A stretch of 39,147 bases of DNA from Actinomycetota bacterium (lineage in GTDB: Bacteria; Actinomycetota; Actinomycetes; Actinomycetales; Microbacteriaceae), in the NCBI GenBank assembly GCA_009699665.1, contig WLNS01000001.1, forward strand, positions 1-39,147, written 5' to 3'. Made by a program: the position numbers and the translations under genes. The notes beneath the pieces are model-generated. The model saw only the letters and a program-made list of their open reading frames with translations. It did not search any database and was not told where the DNA came from. Shown one piece after another: positions 25,525 to 34,145 of this stretch (positions are counted from its first letter, which is position 1; every line of letters starts with the position of its first letter).

Positions 25525-28365
25525 CTACTCGCTCACCGAGTCAGTGAATGTGGGGCCGGTCGCCGGCGGCGTTGCCGATCCCGACTTCGCAATTCCCGTC
25601 TTCTTGGTCGCGGGCTTCTTGGCCGTGGTCTTCTTGGCCGTGGCTTTCTTTGGTGCAGCCTTCTTCACCGTGGCTCGGCCGCGCTTGGGTGCCGGACCCT
25701 TGGCGCGCTTGTCGGCCAGCAGCTCAATCGCTCGATCGTAGGTGACATCTTCGATGCGCTCAGTGCGAGGAATCGTGGCGTTCGTTTCGCCGTCAGTGAC
25801 ATACGCGCCGAAGCGGCCGTCTTTAATCTTGATGGGCTTGCCGCTGACGGGATCCGGATCGAACTCGGCGAGCGCCGCCGAAGCGCTGCGCGCACCGTAC
25901 TTGGGCTGCGCAAAACTCTCGAGAGCTGCTTCTAGGGTGAGGTCAAAAATCTCCTGCTCCGAAGTGAGCGAGCGGGTATCGGTGCCCTTCTTAATGTAGG
26001 CACCGTAACGGCCGTTCTGGGCGGTAATTACTGTGCCCGACTCCGGATCAACGCCGACCTCGCGGGGCAGGTTGAGCAAACGCAACGCCGTCTCGAGATC
26101 AATCGCACTCGGATCCATGTTCTTGAACAGCGATGCCGTGCGCTCCTTAGGCGCCTCGGCCTTGGCCTTCTTCTTCGGCTTGGTCTCAATGACTTCGCCC
26201 GTCTCGATGTCTACGACGATGTCGGGTTCGGCAACGGGAAGGTCAACCTCAGGCGTGCGCTCGGTCACGTAGGGACCAAAACGGCCGTCTTTGGCGAGCA
26301 CCTCTTTGCCGTTATCGGGATTCACGCCCAGAACGCGGTCGCCGGCCACTGGTGCGTCGATGAGCTCGCGAATCTTCGCTTCGGTGAGCTCATCGGGCGC
26401 CATGTCTTCGGGCACGTACACCTTGCGCGGCGGAGCGTCGGGGCCGGCATCCTCGTCGGCCACCTCGACGTATTGGTTGGTCGGCCAAATGCGCAGCACG
26501 TACTCGCCGATGGTGACAGAGTTCAGCGTGCGCTTATCCAGATCGCCGAGGTCTTGCGTCTGTCGCTCAAGGCCGGGATGCGCATCCTTGCCAAAGAAGA
26601 AGCCCTGCAGCCACGACGCGCCATCGGCCTTACCGTCGGCGATGTGGTCAAGGTCATCTTCCATCTCGGCCGTGAAGTCGTAGCTCACGAGATCGTTGAA
26701 ACTCGCCTCCATCAGTTTGTTGACCGTGAAGGCAATCCACGTCGGCACCATGGCCTGGCCGCGGGATCGAACGTAGCCGCGTTCCTGAATCGTGCCGATG
26801 GTGGCCGCATAGGTGGACGGCCGGCCGATGCCAATCTCTTCCATCTTTTTCACGAGCGAGGCCTCGGTGTAGCGAGCGGGGGGCTGCGTTTCGTGCCCCT
26901 TGGCCTCGACATCGGCGAGCACCAGCGTCTGTCCCTCGGTCATGGCCGGCAGCTTGGCATCTTCGGGGGCGTCATCGACAGCGGTGTCTTCTTCAATCGT
27001 CTCTTCGTAGGCGTTGAGAAAACCGCGGAACGTGATGACGGTTCCGCTTGCGCTGAACTCGGCCACCTCGGCGCCCGCGGGCTTCGCTTCGACCGTGACC
27101 GTCGCCGTCTGCCCCTTGGCGTCGGCCATCTGCGAGGCGACCGTGCGCTTCCAAATAAGTTCGTAGAGTTTGAGGTCTTCGCCCCGCAGCACAGATGAGA
27201 GCTCGGCGGGCGTCTTGAACGTGTCGCCCGCGGGTCGCACGGCCTCGTGGGCTTCCTGAGCGTTCTTGTTCTTGCCGCTGTAAACGCGAGGCGCGTCGGC
27301 GACCTGGTCGGCGCCATACATGGCCGTCGCCTGTGATCGAGCAGCCGCAATCGCTTGGGCAGAGAGCGCCGGCGAATCGGTGCGCATATAGGTGATGTAG
27401 CCGTTCTCGTAGAGACGCTGGGCAATCGACATTGTCTGCTTCGACGAGTAGCGAAGTTTGCGAATGGCTTCTTGCTGCAGCGTCGACGTGGTGAACGGTG
27501 CCGCAGGGCGCTTCGTGTAGGGCTTGGTCTCGAGCTTCGTTACCGTGATCGGCGTGCCCGCGGTGGCAATGGCACCGACAAGGGTCTGCGCTTCGGACTC
27601 GGTGAGCACCCGATCGTTCTTGCCCGCTTTGAGGGCACCGACGGAATCAAAACTTGATCCCTCGGCAATCGTGGTGCCCCCGACCCTCTTGAGCTTGCAT
27701 ACGAACTGGGTGGCGATGTCGCTGGATGTTCCCACGGTCAGCAGCAAGTCCCAGTAGCCGGCCGTTCGAAACGCCATGCGCTCTTTTTCGCGGTCAACCA
27801 CGAGCCGCGTGGCGACCGACTGAACGCGACCGGCCGAAAGGCCCCGGCCCACCAAGCGCCACAACACGGGCGACACGGCGTAACCGTAAAGGCGATCAAG
27901 AATGCGGCGCGTCTCTTGGGCCTCCACGAGATCCATGTCGACCTCGCGGGTATTCTCGCGAGCCGACTCAATTGCCTCTTTGGTGATTTCGTGAAACACC
28001 ATGCGACGCACGGGCACCTTGGGCTTGAGCACCTCGAGCAGGTGCCACGCGATGGCCTCGCCTTCGCGGTCTTCATCAGTGGCGAGGTAGAGCTCATCGG
28101 CTTCTTTGAGCGCTCGTTTGAGCTCGGCCACCGTTTTTTTGCTGTACTCGCTCACGGAATAGTGAGGCGTGAACTTGTTGTCAACGTCGACACCAAAGGC
28201 CTTCATGTAGCCCGTTTTGACCTCTGCCGGCAGGTCGGCGGGCACCGTGAGATCACGGATATGACCCACGGAAGCGAGCACGCTGTAGTCGTCGCCGAGG
28301 TACTTGCCGATGGTCTTAGCCTTGGCCGGTGACTCAACGATGACGAGCTTGCGGGTTGACGACAA
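25525..28365 (-). CDS. topA: DNA topoisomerase I (type IA) with lysine-rich C-terminal tail
   Basis: TOPRIM LVIVESPAKAKTI, active-site Tyr in GYITYMRTDS, and a C-terminal KKAAPKKATAKKTTAKKPATKK tail. I prefer TTG at 28365 because AGGAGG lies 6 nt upstream. The alternative ATG at 28431 lies 4 nt from the upstream stop. Confidence 0.92.
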   Translation of the reverse strand: MSSTRKLVIVESPAKAKTIGKYLGDDYSVLASVGHIRDLTVPADLPAEVKTGYMKAFGVDVDNKFTPHYSVSEYSKKTVAELKRALKEADELYLATDEDREGEAIAWHLLEVLKPKVPVRRMVFHEITKEAIESARENTREVDMDLVEAQETRRILDRLYGYAVSPVLWRLVGRGLSAGRVQSVATRLVVDREKERMAFRTAGYWDLLLTVGTSSDIATQFVCKLKRVGGTTIAEGSSFDSVGALKAGKNDRVLTESEAQTLVGAIATAGTPITVTKLETKPYTKRPAAPFTTSTLQQEAIRKLRYSSKQTMSIAQRLYENGYITYMRTDSPALSAQAIAAARSQATAMYGADQVADAPRVYSGKNKNAQEAHEAVRPAGDTFKTPAELSSVLRGEDLKLYELIWKRTVASQMADAKGQTATVTVEAKPAGAEVAEFSASGTVITFRGFLNAYEETIEEDTAVDDAPEDAKLPAMTEGQTLVLADVEAKGHETQPPARYTEASLVKKMEEIGIGRPSTYAATIGTIQERGYVRSRGQAMVPTWIAFTVNKLMEASFNDLVSYDFTAEMEDDLDHIADGKADGASWLQGFFFGKDAHPGLERQTQDLGDLDKRTLNSVTIGEYVLRIWPTNQYVEVADEDAGPDAPPRKVYVPEDMAPDELTEAKIRELIDAPVAGDRVLGVNPDNGKEVLAKDGRFGPYVTERTPEVDLPVAEPDIVVDIETGEVIETKPKKKAKAEAPKERTASLFKNMDPSAIDLETALRLLNLPREVGVDPESGTVITAQNGRYGAYIKKGTDTRSLTSEQEIFDLTLEAALESFAQPKYGARSASAALAEFDPDPVSGKPIKIKDGRFGAYVTDGETNATIPRTERIEDVTYDRAIELLADKRAKGPAPKRGRATVKKAAPKKATAKKTTAKKPATKKTGIAKSGSATPPATGPTFTDSVSE

Positions 28366-28435
28366 GCGATTCCTCCTAGGTGTGTTGTCCAACAGAGAGT
28401 CACCATACAGGGCAAATCGGGCTGGCAACATCCAA

Positions 28436-28780
28436 TTACGATTGCGGCGGTCCGGCGTGGGCTCGCACGTCGGCGCTAAAAACCCCCAGCGTCACCCGAA
28501 GGGTGACGCGCGCATCGGTGCTGTGGGTTTCACATGAAACTAAAGAAATATTTGCCTCGTCGGCGAGTCTTTGCGCGCTCGCGCAGGGAATGCCCGGCAG
28601 CCGACCCGAGATGGTGTCGGCCGCCTCGAGGGCCAATCGATCGGCAAGGTTGTGAGCGTTCGCGAGAGTTATAGCGATGCGCGTGCCGAAAAATACCAAC
28701 GACGACACGATCATCAGGAGGGCAATAATTCCTGCGGCCACTGCGGTGGAGGTTCCCGCGTCTCGGGTGCCGAAGGTCAC
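28436..28780 (-). CDS. Rv3654c-family TadE-like pseudopilin (helicase/secretion neighbourhood)
   Basis: 114 aa with an N-terminal hydrophobic pilin-like segment (GTSTAVAAGIIALLMIVSSLVFF). Position and size match the last gene of the actinobacterial Tad-like cluster. The GTG start overlaps the upstream TAG by 1 nt. Confidence 0.65.
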   Translation of the reverse strand: MTFGTRDAGTSTAVAAGIIALLMIVSSLVFFGTRIAITLANAHNLADRLALEAADTISGRLPGIPCASAQRLADEANISLVSCETHSTDARVTLRVTLGVFSADVRAHAGPPQS

Positions 28781-29121
28781 TATGCCTCACGCGGTGCACA
28801 CGCAAAACCGGCTGGGTGGGCAGCGTTCCACCACTGACGCGGTGGCGTGAGCGATGTGACGGTCACGCAGACATCCGATGACTGATCGACCGTGAGCTGG
28901 GCATGGGGTGCAATGCGTTCGATACGTTCGCGAACCGTCGACACGTCTTCACCTCGCGCAATTGACCGAGCCGCCTGATTCGCGAGAGACGTGTAGGCGA
29001 TGCTGTCACGCCCCATTCCCATCGCCGCGAGGATTACACCGAGGACCACCAGGATGGCCGGAACAACGATGGCGAACTCCGCCGTCGCCGATCCGCCATC
29101 GTTGGTGCCCAACGCCTTCAT
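28780..29121 (-). CDS. TadE family pilus assembly (minor pilin-like) protein
   Basis: The N-terminus GGSATAEFAIVVPAILVVLGVIL is the TadE-type processing/TM motif. The ATG overlaps the upstream TAA by 1 nt. Confidence 0.75.
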   Translation of the reverse strand: MKALGTNDGGSATAEFAIVVPAILVVLGVILAAMGMGRDSIAYTSLANQAARSIARGEDVSTVRERIERIAPHAQLTVDQSSDVCVTVTSLTPPRQWWNAAHPAGFACAPREA

Positions 29122-29309
29122 TACCCGGCCATTCCCAAGGCGCCCGTGATGACGTTCGTCAGCAGTCCGCGAACGGCGTCTCCCTTGAGAATCGCGACGA
29201 GTAATCCCGCGAATCCCACGGCAGCCATTGTGGCAATGGCATATTCGGCCGTGGCGGCCCCCGTCTCATCCTGCGCAAAATTCCTCATGTGGGCTGTCAA
29301 TCTGTTCAT
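29121..29309 (-). CDS. Flp-like pilin, DUF4244 family (Rv3656c-like)
   Basis: 62 aa. The leader is followed by G/AATAEYAIATMAAVGFAGLLVAIL, the G-xxxx-EY Flp-type prepilin motif. GAAGGA RBS. Confidence 0.75.
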   Translation of the reverse strand: MNRLTAHMRNFAQDETGAATAEYAIATMAAVGFAGLLVAILKGDAVRGLLTNVITGALGMAG

Positions 29310-29456
29310 GTGTGGTCCTTCTCTATAGGGGATTTTTTATTGATGTACTTCTTCTCGAAGCCATGATGCGTCTCGGCGCACCCCGACCACGCGGCCGTTC
29401 GACAAGCCGTGGAAGCAACCTGCGATGGGCACGTGTTGGGGAATAGCCACGAGCGA

Positions 29457-30344
29457 CTAGCGCACGAATGACTCGGTGAGCAATCCGCTAACAATCGGCA
29501 CAACCCCCCACAGCATGAACGCCGGCAGGTAACACGCGCCGAGCGGTATCAGAATGCGTTCACCGAGTTCTCGGGCCGACCGCAACCGCGCCGCGTGATT
29601 GCGTGCCCGTTGTTCGTCGGCCGCAACTCGAAGCGCTTCCCCCACGGGAACACCCGCAAGGATCGCGATGCGCGCCGACCGACGCCCCTCGTCGATCGCA
29701 GTCAAACTCGATCTCGCATTCGCATTCGCCTTCGCACTCGCATTCCCAGTCGCCCCCGCATTCGCATTCGCACGCATGAGATCTTGCGCACGCGTCGCCC
29801 AAACAAATACCTCGTCCGCCAGGCTCATCGCAACCTGAAGCGGCAAGCCCGCGTCGACGCACACGGCGGCAAGTTCACTCCACAATCCCGCGGTCGCCAC
29901 ATGGCGTCTGGCCCGCGCTTCGAGTCGACGCATCCACACGGCGCCGAGCAGCGACAGCCCGGCCCCGCCCGCCAGACAGCACCAACCGAGGGGCGTGGTG
30001 AAGAGAGTGGGCAAAACGTCGAACCCGAGAATGAGGCCGAGCACGACGGATGCGCCCGGAACCGCCATGACAATCTTGCGAGCGAGAAGTGGCGCGGATA
30101 TCGCCGTCTGAACCTCTTGCGATGCCCGGTCATCATCTCGCAGCAATTTGCGAAGACGATCAGTCGTAATCACGGCTGGAGCACCGGTGCTGAGGGCCAT
30201 CGCAAGAATCGCTCGGGCGTTTATTTCAGTGATCTCGGTCGGATTCACCTCGGCCATCGCCAAAGCGCGCTCCAGAGGCGCTCCCGTGCTCAGAATCACG
30301 CGAACGCGATCGAGCCCGGCGGCGAGATTCGCCGGATGCGTCAC
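29457..30344 (-). CDS. Type II secretion system F family protein; a single ORF containing two T2SSF-like halves (TadB-like plus TadC-like)
   Basis: The GTG at 30344 overlaps the ATPase TGA as GTGA. Two successive cytosolic-helical-domain plus TM units are present: LDRVRVILSTGAPLERAL...KIVMAVPGASVVLGLILG, then LWSELAAVCVDAGLPLQVA...ILIPLGACYLPAFMLWGVVPIV. The ORF-track start at 30638 lies inside the ATPase gene. Confidence 0.65.
   Translation of the reverse strand: MTHPANLAAGLDRVRVILSTGAPLERALAMAEVNPTEITEINARAILAMALSTGAPAVITTDRLRKLLRDDDRASQEVQTAISAPLLARKIVMAVPGASVVLGLILGFDVLPTLFTTPLGWCCLAGGAGLSLLGAVWMRRLEARARRHVATAGLWSELAAVCVDAGLPLQVAMSLADEVFVWATRAQDLMRANANAGATGNASAKANANARSSLTAIDEGRRSARIAILAGVPVGEALRVAADEQRARNHAARLRSARELGERILIPLGACYLPAFMLWGVVPIVSGLLTESFVR
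29715..29774. repeat. Imperfect tandem hexanucleotide repeat (CGCATT-like, about 10 units) inside the T2SSF ORF
   Basis: The units read cgcatt cgcatt cgcctt cgcact cgcatt cccagt cgcccc cgcatt cgcatt cgcacg. On the coding strand this encodes ANANAGATGNASAKANANA. Confidence 0.8.
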
Positions 30345-31270
30345 GGATGATTCGCCTGCGAGCGCGTCGGCTCGACACGCAATCCCTCGGGCGTTTCCCG
30401 CAAAACCCCGATGCCCGCTATGCGGCGCTGCGCGTCGCGTCGTTCGAGATGAACGACCAGATCGATTGCTGAGCCCGCCAACGAGGTTAGTGCGGCCGCC
30501 GAGATTTGGTGGGCGTGCGCCAACGCGATCAGGCGAGCCGGAACCTGTGCGAGTGAGTTCGCATGAAGCGTGATGCCTCCACCCGAGTGGCCCGTATTGA
30601 GGGCGGTAAGAAAGTCCAAAAGTTCCGGTCCTCGGCATTCGCCCACCACCAGACGGTCCGGACGCATGCGAAGTGCCTGTCGCACCAGTTCACCGAGTCC
30701 GATGGCGCCTACGCCGTCACCGTTGGGCTGCCGGGCCTCGAGGCCCACCACACAGGGGTGCCTCACCTCAAGTTCGGCGACGTCTTCAATCGTGATGATG
30801 CGTTCGCTTTCTGGAATCTCGGCCAGCAGCGCCGCCAAGAGTGTCGTCTTGCCGGTGCCCGTTGATCCCGAGATGAGAATGTTCTGACGCTGGGCGACGG
30901 CCTCTCGCAACGCAGCCACCTGATCGTCTGACGCCATTCCGGTGCGGGCTAAATCATCAAGAGTCCACCCCTGTGTGCGTGGCACGCGTATCGAGATGGC
31001 CGTGCCGGCGTGAGCAATCGGAGCCAGCACGGCATGCACGCGAATTCCGCCTGAAAGTCGAACATCGGCCATGGGTCCCAGCTGGTCGATGTGTCGGCCC
31101 CCGCGACTGATGAGTTCCTGTGCGAGGACTCTCACCGACTCTTCAGTTACCGGCATTCCCGCGACGGCATGAAGTCCGCGCCCATCGTCAACCCACACGC
31201 CGGTGGGTGGAGAAATCAACACGTCTGTGACCGACGGGTCGGCGAGCAACTGCTCGATGTGAATGAGCAC
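30341..31270 (-). CDS. TadA/CpaF-like secretion ATPase (helicase/secretion neighbourhood ATPase, Rv3659c-like)
   Basis: Walker A ISGSTGTGKTT, Walker B-like ERIITIEDVAELEV, and the His box context GHSGGGITLHAN. GTG start. Confidence 0.85.
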   Translation of the reverse strand: MLIHIEQLLADPSVTDVLISPPTGVWVDDGRGLHAVAGMPVTEESVRVLAQELISRGGRHIDQLGPMADVRLSGGIRVHAVLAPIAHAGTAISIRVPRTQGWTLDDLARTGMASDDQVAALREAVAQRQNILISGSTGTGKTTLLAALLAEIPESERIITIEDVAELEVRHPCVVGLEARQPNGDGVGAIGLGELVRQALRMRPDRLVVGECRGPELLDFLTALNTGHSGGGITLHANSLAQVPARLIALAHAHQISAAALTSLAGSAIDLVVHLERRDAQRRIAGIGVLRETPEGLRVEPTRSQANHP

Positions 31271-31325
31271 GTGCCCATGGTCTCGCGCTCACACGGAGTT
31301 TTTGCAGCGCTCGTCACAGTCGTGG

Positions 31326-31425
31326 AAAAAAGGAAGGCGACACCGGATGGGGGGAAACGGTGCCGCCTTCACGACACCAGATTGGGGGGAATCAAATGTG
31401 TCGCGGTGCTGGTCTTACGACCCGC
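31326..31425 (-). ncRNA. 6C-type small RNA (two hairpins with CCCCCC loops, the second acting as an intrinsic terminator)
   Basis: On the minus strand, hairpin 1 is CGACAC..GAUU-CCCCCC-AAUC..GUGUCG (31403-31372). Hairpin 2 is GAAGGCGGCACCG-UUUCCCCCCAUC-CGGUGUCGCCUUC (31370-31333), followed by C-UUUUUU (31331-31326). A TAGCAT -10-like hexamer lies at 31438-31433. The 5' end is estimated, not mapped. Confidence 0.7.
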
Positions 31426-31627
31426 ACTAAAAATGCTATATCGACTTTCTGGCAACGAGCACAAATACCGCGCGTCATTGTGGAAAAAGGAACAGAAGTT
31501 TTAAGCGCGTGGATGAGACAGCCTCTCAGCTCTCACCATTTTTCCCTGTCGCGACAGGAGTCTGAGCGCGATAGCCTCGACTCAGGTGACGCTGTCGCCA
31601 CCCCGACCGTCGCAAAGTGAGACACCC

Positions 31628-33583
31628 ATGAATGAAAAAATCGACACCTCGATGCCTGACGAGCGCAGTTTTGCGCCGCCCGCCGACTTCGCCGCCAACG
31701 CAATTGCACAGGCCGAAATTTATGACCGCGCGCAGAGTGAGGGCGTTGAGTTTTGGGCCAACCAGGCTCGAGAACTGTTGCACTGGCACACCCCGTTTAC
31801 CGAAACTCTGGACTGGAGCGACGCCCCCGTGGCCAAGTGGTTCGCTGACGGCGCGCTCAATGTCAGTTACAACTGCCTCGATCGTCACGTCGAGCAGGGT
31901 CGTGGGGAGCGCGTGGCTTTGCACTGGGAAGGTGAGCCCGGAGATTCGGTATCTCTCACCTACGCCGCACTCACCGAACAGGTAAAACGGGCCGCCAACG
32001 TGCTTCTCTCGCTGGGCATCCGCGCGGGCGATCGTGTTGCCCTTTATATGCCACTGATTCCCGAGGCCGTCGTCGCCATGCTGGCCGTTGCGCGCATCGG
32101 TGCCATCCACTCCGTGGTCTTCGGTGGTTTCAGCGCCGAATCACTCCGCAATCGCGCCGACGACGCCGGCGCCAAGCTCGTCATTACGGCCGATGGTGGT
32201 TATCGCAAAGGGGGCGTCTTCGCCCTCAAGCCGGTTGTCGACCAGGCCCTGGCTTCTGACGGCGGACAAAAGACGGTACAAAATGTTCTCGTCGTTCGCC
32301 GTGGCGGCAACGACATCGAGTGGATTGACAACCGGGATCTGTGGTGGCACGAGGTGATGGAATCTGCCAGCCCCGAACACGAGGCGCAGCCTTTTCCGGC
32401 CGAACAGCCGTTGTTCATTCTCTATACGAGTGGCACAACCGGAAAGCCCAAGGGCATTCTGCACACCTCGGGTGGATACCTCACGCAGGCGGCCTTTACG
32501 CACAAGAACATTTTTGATCTTCACGCCGAGTCCGACATCTACTGGTGCACGGCAGATGTGGGCTGGATCACGGGACACAGCTACGTGGTTTACGGCCCGT
32601 TGGCAAACGGTGCGACACAGGTGATCTACGAGGGCACGCCCGATACGCCGCACCCAGGCCGCTGGTGGGAGATTATTCAAAAATACGGAGTGACCATCTT
32701 CTACACGGCACCGACCGCCATCCGATCGTTCATGAAGCTCGGTTCAGAAATTCCCGACGCGTTTGACCTCTCTACCCTGCGTCTCTTGGGCTCGGTGGGC
32801 GAACCGATCAACCCCGAAGCGTGGATGTGGTACCGCGACGTCATCGGTGCCGGCAAAACTCCGATTGTCGACACGTGGTGGCAAACCGAAACGGGAGCCA
32901 TCATGATCTCTGCTCTGCCGGGTGTGACATCGCTCAAACCCGGCAGCGCGCAAGTTGCCGTTCCGGGCATCTCGATCGACATTCTCGATGACGACGGTGC
33001 CGGCGTACCTGACGGTACTGGTGGCCTCTTGGTGATCACCGAGCCGTGGCCATCGATGCTCCGAGGCATCTGGGGTGACGACGAGCGGTTCCGCAAAACC
33101 TACTGGCAAAAGTTCGGCGACAAGTACTTTGCCGGAGACGGCGCCAAGCGCGACCGCGACGGCGACATTTGGCTGCTGGGTCGCGTCGACGACGTCATGA
33201 ACATTTCTGGGCATCGTCTCTCCACCGCAGAAATAGAGTCCTCACTGGTGGCGCACCCCATGGTTGCCGAGGCGGCCGTTGTCGGTGCGGCAGATGAGCT
33301 CACCGGACAGGCAGTGGTGGCTTTTGTGATTTTGCTCGCGAGTGAGGTGGGCAAGCTCGAGGCGGCCGAAGCGAGTGCCGAACTTCGTACGCACGTGGCA
33401 CAGCAAATCGGCGCCATAGCCCGACCAGCGCGCATTTTCATCGTGCCTGAACTGCCCAAGACGCGCAGCGGCAAGATTATGCGTCGCCTTCTTCAGGACG
33501 TTGCCGAAGGTCGAGAAATCGGGGACACGACAACGCTGACAGATCAGAGCGTGCTGAACATCATCAACGCTCAGGTGAACTAG
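31628..33583 (+). CDS. acs: Acetyl-CoA synthetase (acetate--CoA ligase)
   Basis: AMP-binding motif YTSGTTGKPKG, WWQTETG and PKTRSGKIMRR, with the length typical of Acs. I prefer ATG at 31628 (MNEKIDTSMPDERSFAPPADFAANA) over the GTG at 31586. Confidence 0.92.
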   Translation: MNEKIDTSMPDERSFAPPADFAANAIAQAEIYDRAQSEGVEFWANQARELLHWHTPFTETLDWSDAPVAKWFADGALNVSYNCLDRHVEQGRGERVALHWEGEPGDSVSLTYAALTEQVKRAANVLLSLGIRAGDRVALYMPLIPEAVVAMLAVARIGAIHSVVFGGFSAESLRNRADDAGAKLVITADGGYRKGGVFALKPVVDQALASDGGQKTVQNVLVVRRGGNDIEWIDNRDLWWHEVMESASPEHEAQPFPAEQPLFILYTSGTTGKPKGILHTSGGYLTQAAFTHKNIFDLHAESDIYWCTADVGWITGHSYVVYGPLANGATQVIYEGTPDTPHPGRWWEIIQKYGVTIFYTAPTAIRSFMKLGSEIPDAFDLSTLRLLGSVGEPINPEAWMWYRDVIGAGKTPIVDTWWQTETGAIMISALPGVTSLKPGSAQVAVPGISIDILDDDGAGVPDGTGGLLVITEPWPSMLRGIWGDDERFRKTYWQKFGDKYFAGDGAKRDRDGDIWLLGRVDDVMNISGHRLSTAEIESSLVAHPMVAEAAVVGAADELTGQAVVAFVILLASEVGKLEAAEASAELRTHVAQQIGAIARPARIFIVPELPKTRSGKIMRRLLQDVAEGREIGDTTTLTDQSVLNIINAQVN

Positions 33584-33613
33584 AGAAGCGCCGGGTTCGG
33601 CAGTGGTGGGTTG

Positions 33614-34081
33614 CTACTTAAAAGCAACAATCATTTCGACCTCGACCGGCGAATCCATGGGCAGAACCGGCACGCCGATGGATGACCGAGCGTGTGTTCC
33701 GATGTCACCAAATACGTCACCGAGTAGCTCAGAGGCTCCGTTCATGACGGCACCCATCGCAGTGAAATCAGGAACACAGGCCACAAAACCCGTCACCTTA
33801 ACGATGCGTGTGATGCGGTCAAGGTTGCCAATGGCGCTCTTAATGACGGCCAAGCCATTCAGCGCCGCGGTACGCGCATAATCCTTGGCATCCGCCGGAG
33901 CGACGAGTCCGTTGCCCTCTCCCACCTTGCCGGTCGCGCGAAGCTCACCGTTGACGGTAGGCAACTGGCCTGAGATAAAAACCAGATTTCCCTCCACGAC
34001 AGCCGGAACGTAAACAGCAAGAGGCAGGGGCGCTTCGGGAAGCTCAATGCCCAGTTCGGTCAGTCGCGCGTCAATGCTCAT
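33614..34081 (-). CDS. RidA/YjgF family reactive-intermediate deaminase-like protein
   Basis: 155 aa with a YjgF-family layout (FISGQLP.....L...G, ARSSIGV..LP....VE). Confidence 0.8.
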   Translation of the reverse strand: MSIDARLTELGIELPEAPLPLAVYVPAVVEGNLVFISGQLPTVNGELRATGKVGEGNGLVAPADAKDYARTAALNGLAVIKSAIGNLDRITRIVKVTGFVACVPDFTAMGAVMNGASELLGDVFGDIGTHARSSIGVPVLPMDSPVEVEMIVAFK

Positions 34082-34145
34082 CGTCGTTTCCTTAGTGTCG
34101 TCTCGAAGGGGTCAAACTCAGTAAACCGGCTCACGTTTTGCAGCG

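Noticed and set aside
25560-25680. Tandem 15-nt-like repeats (CTTCTTGGCCGTGGT x2 and relatives) that could be mistaken for a repeat array.
   Set aside because: They encode the Lys/Ala/Thr-rich C-terminal tail of topoisomerase I (KKATAKKTTAKKPATKK), a known feature of actinobacterial TopA. They are not a non-coding array.
28366-28431. ATG at 28431 as the topA start. It would leave only 4 nt after the Rv3654c-like stop and imply coupling of topA to the Tad operon.
   Set aside because: The 22 extra residues (MLPARFALYGDSLLDNTPRRNR) have no counterpart in TopA N-termini that I recall. A perfect AGGAGG lies 6 nt before the TTG at 28365. I keep it as an alternative, not the primary call.
28918-28926. 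TTCGATACG, the reverse complement of the CGTATCGAA repeat core, followed by TCGCGAACC inside the TadE CDS. GTATCGAA also occurs at 10957-10964, and GAGTAGGA at 16627-16634.
   Set aside because: These are single short cores (8-10 nt) without the second half of the repeat unit. The first lies within coding sequence (codons R-I-E). All are compatible with chance, so I did not count them as copies of the repeat family.
29374-29389. The 16-nt exact match CGGCGCACCCCGACCA between the pilin-upstream gap and 38305-38320, which also shares 11 nt with the tRNA-Pro 3' end.
   Set aside because: A rough estimate for a window of this size and composition gives an expectation of about one exact 16-mer pair by chance. 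No flanking similarity and no associated mobile genes support an att-site interpretation for the 29.4-kb copy.
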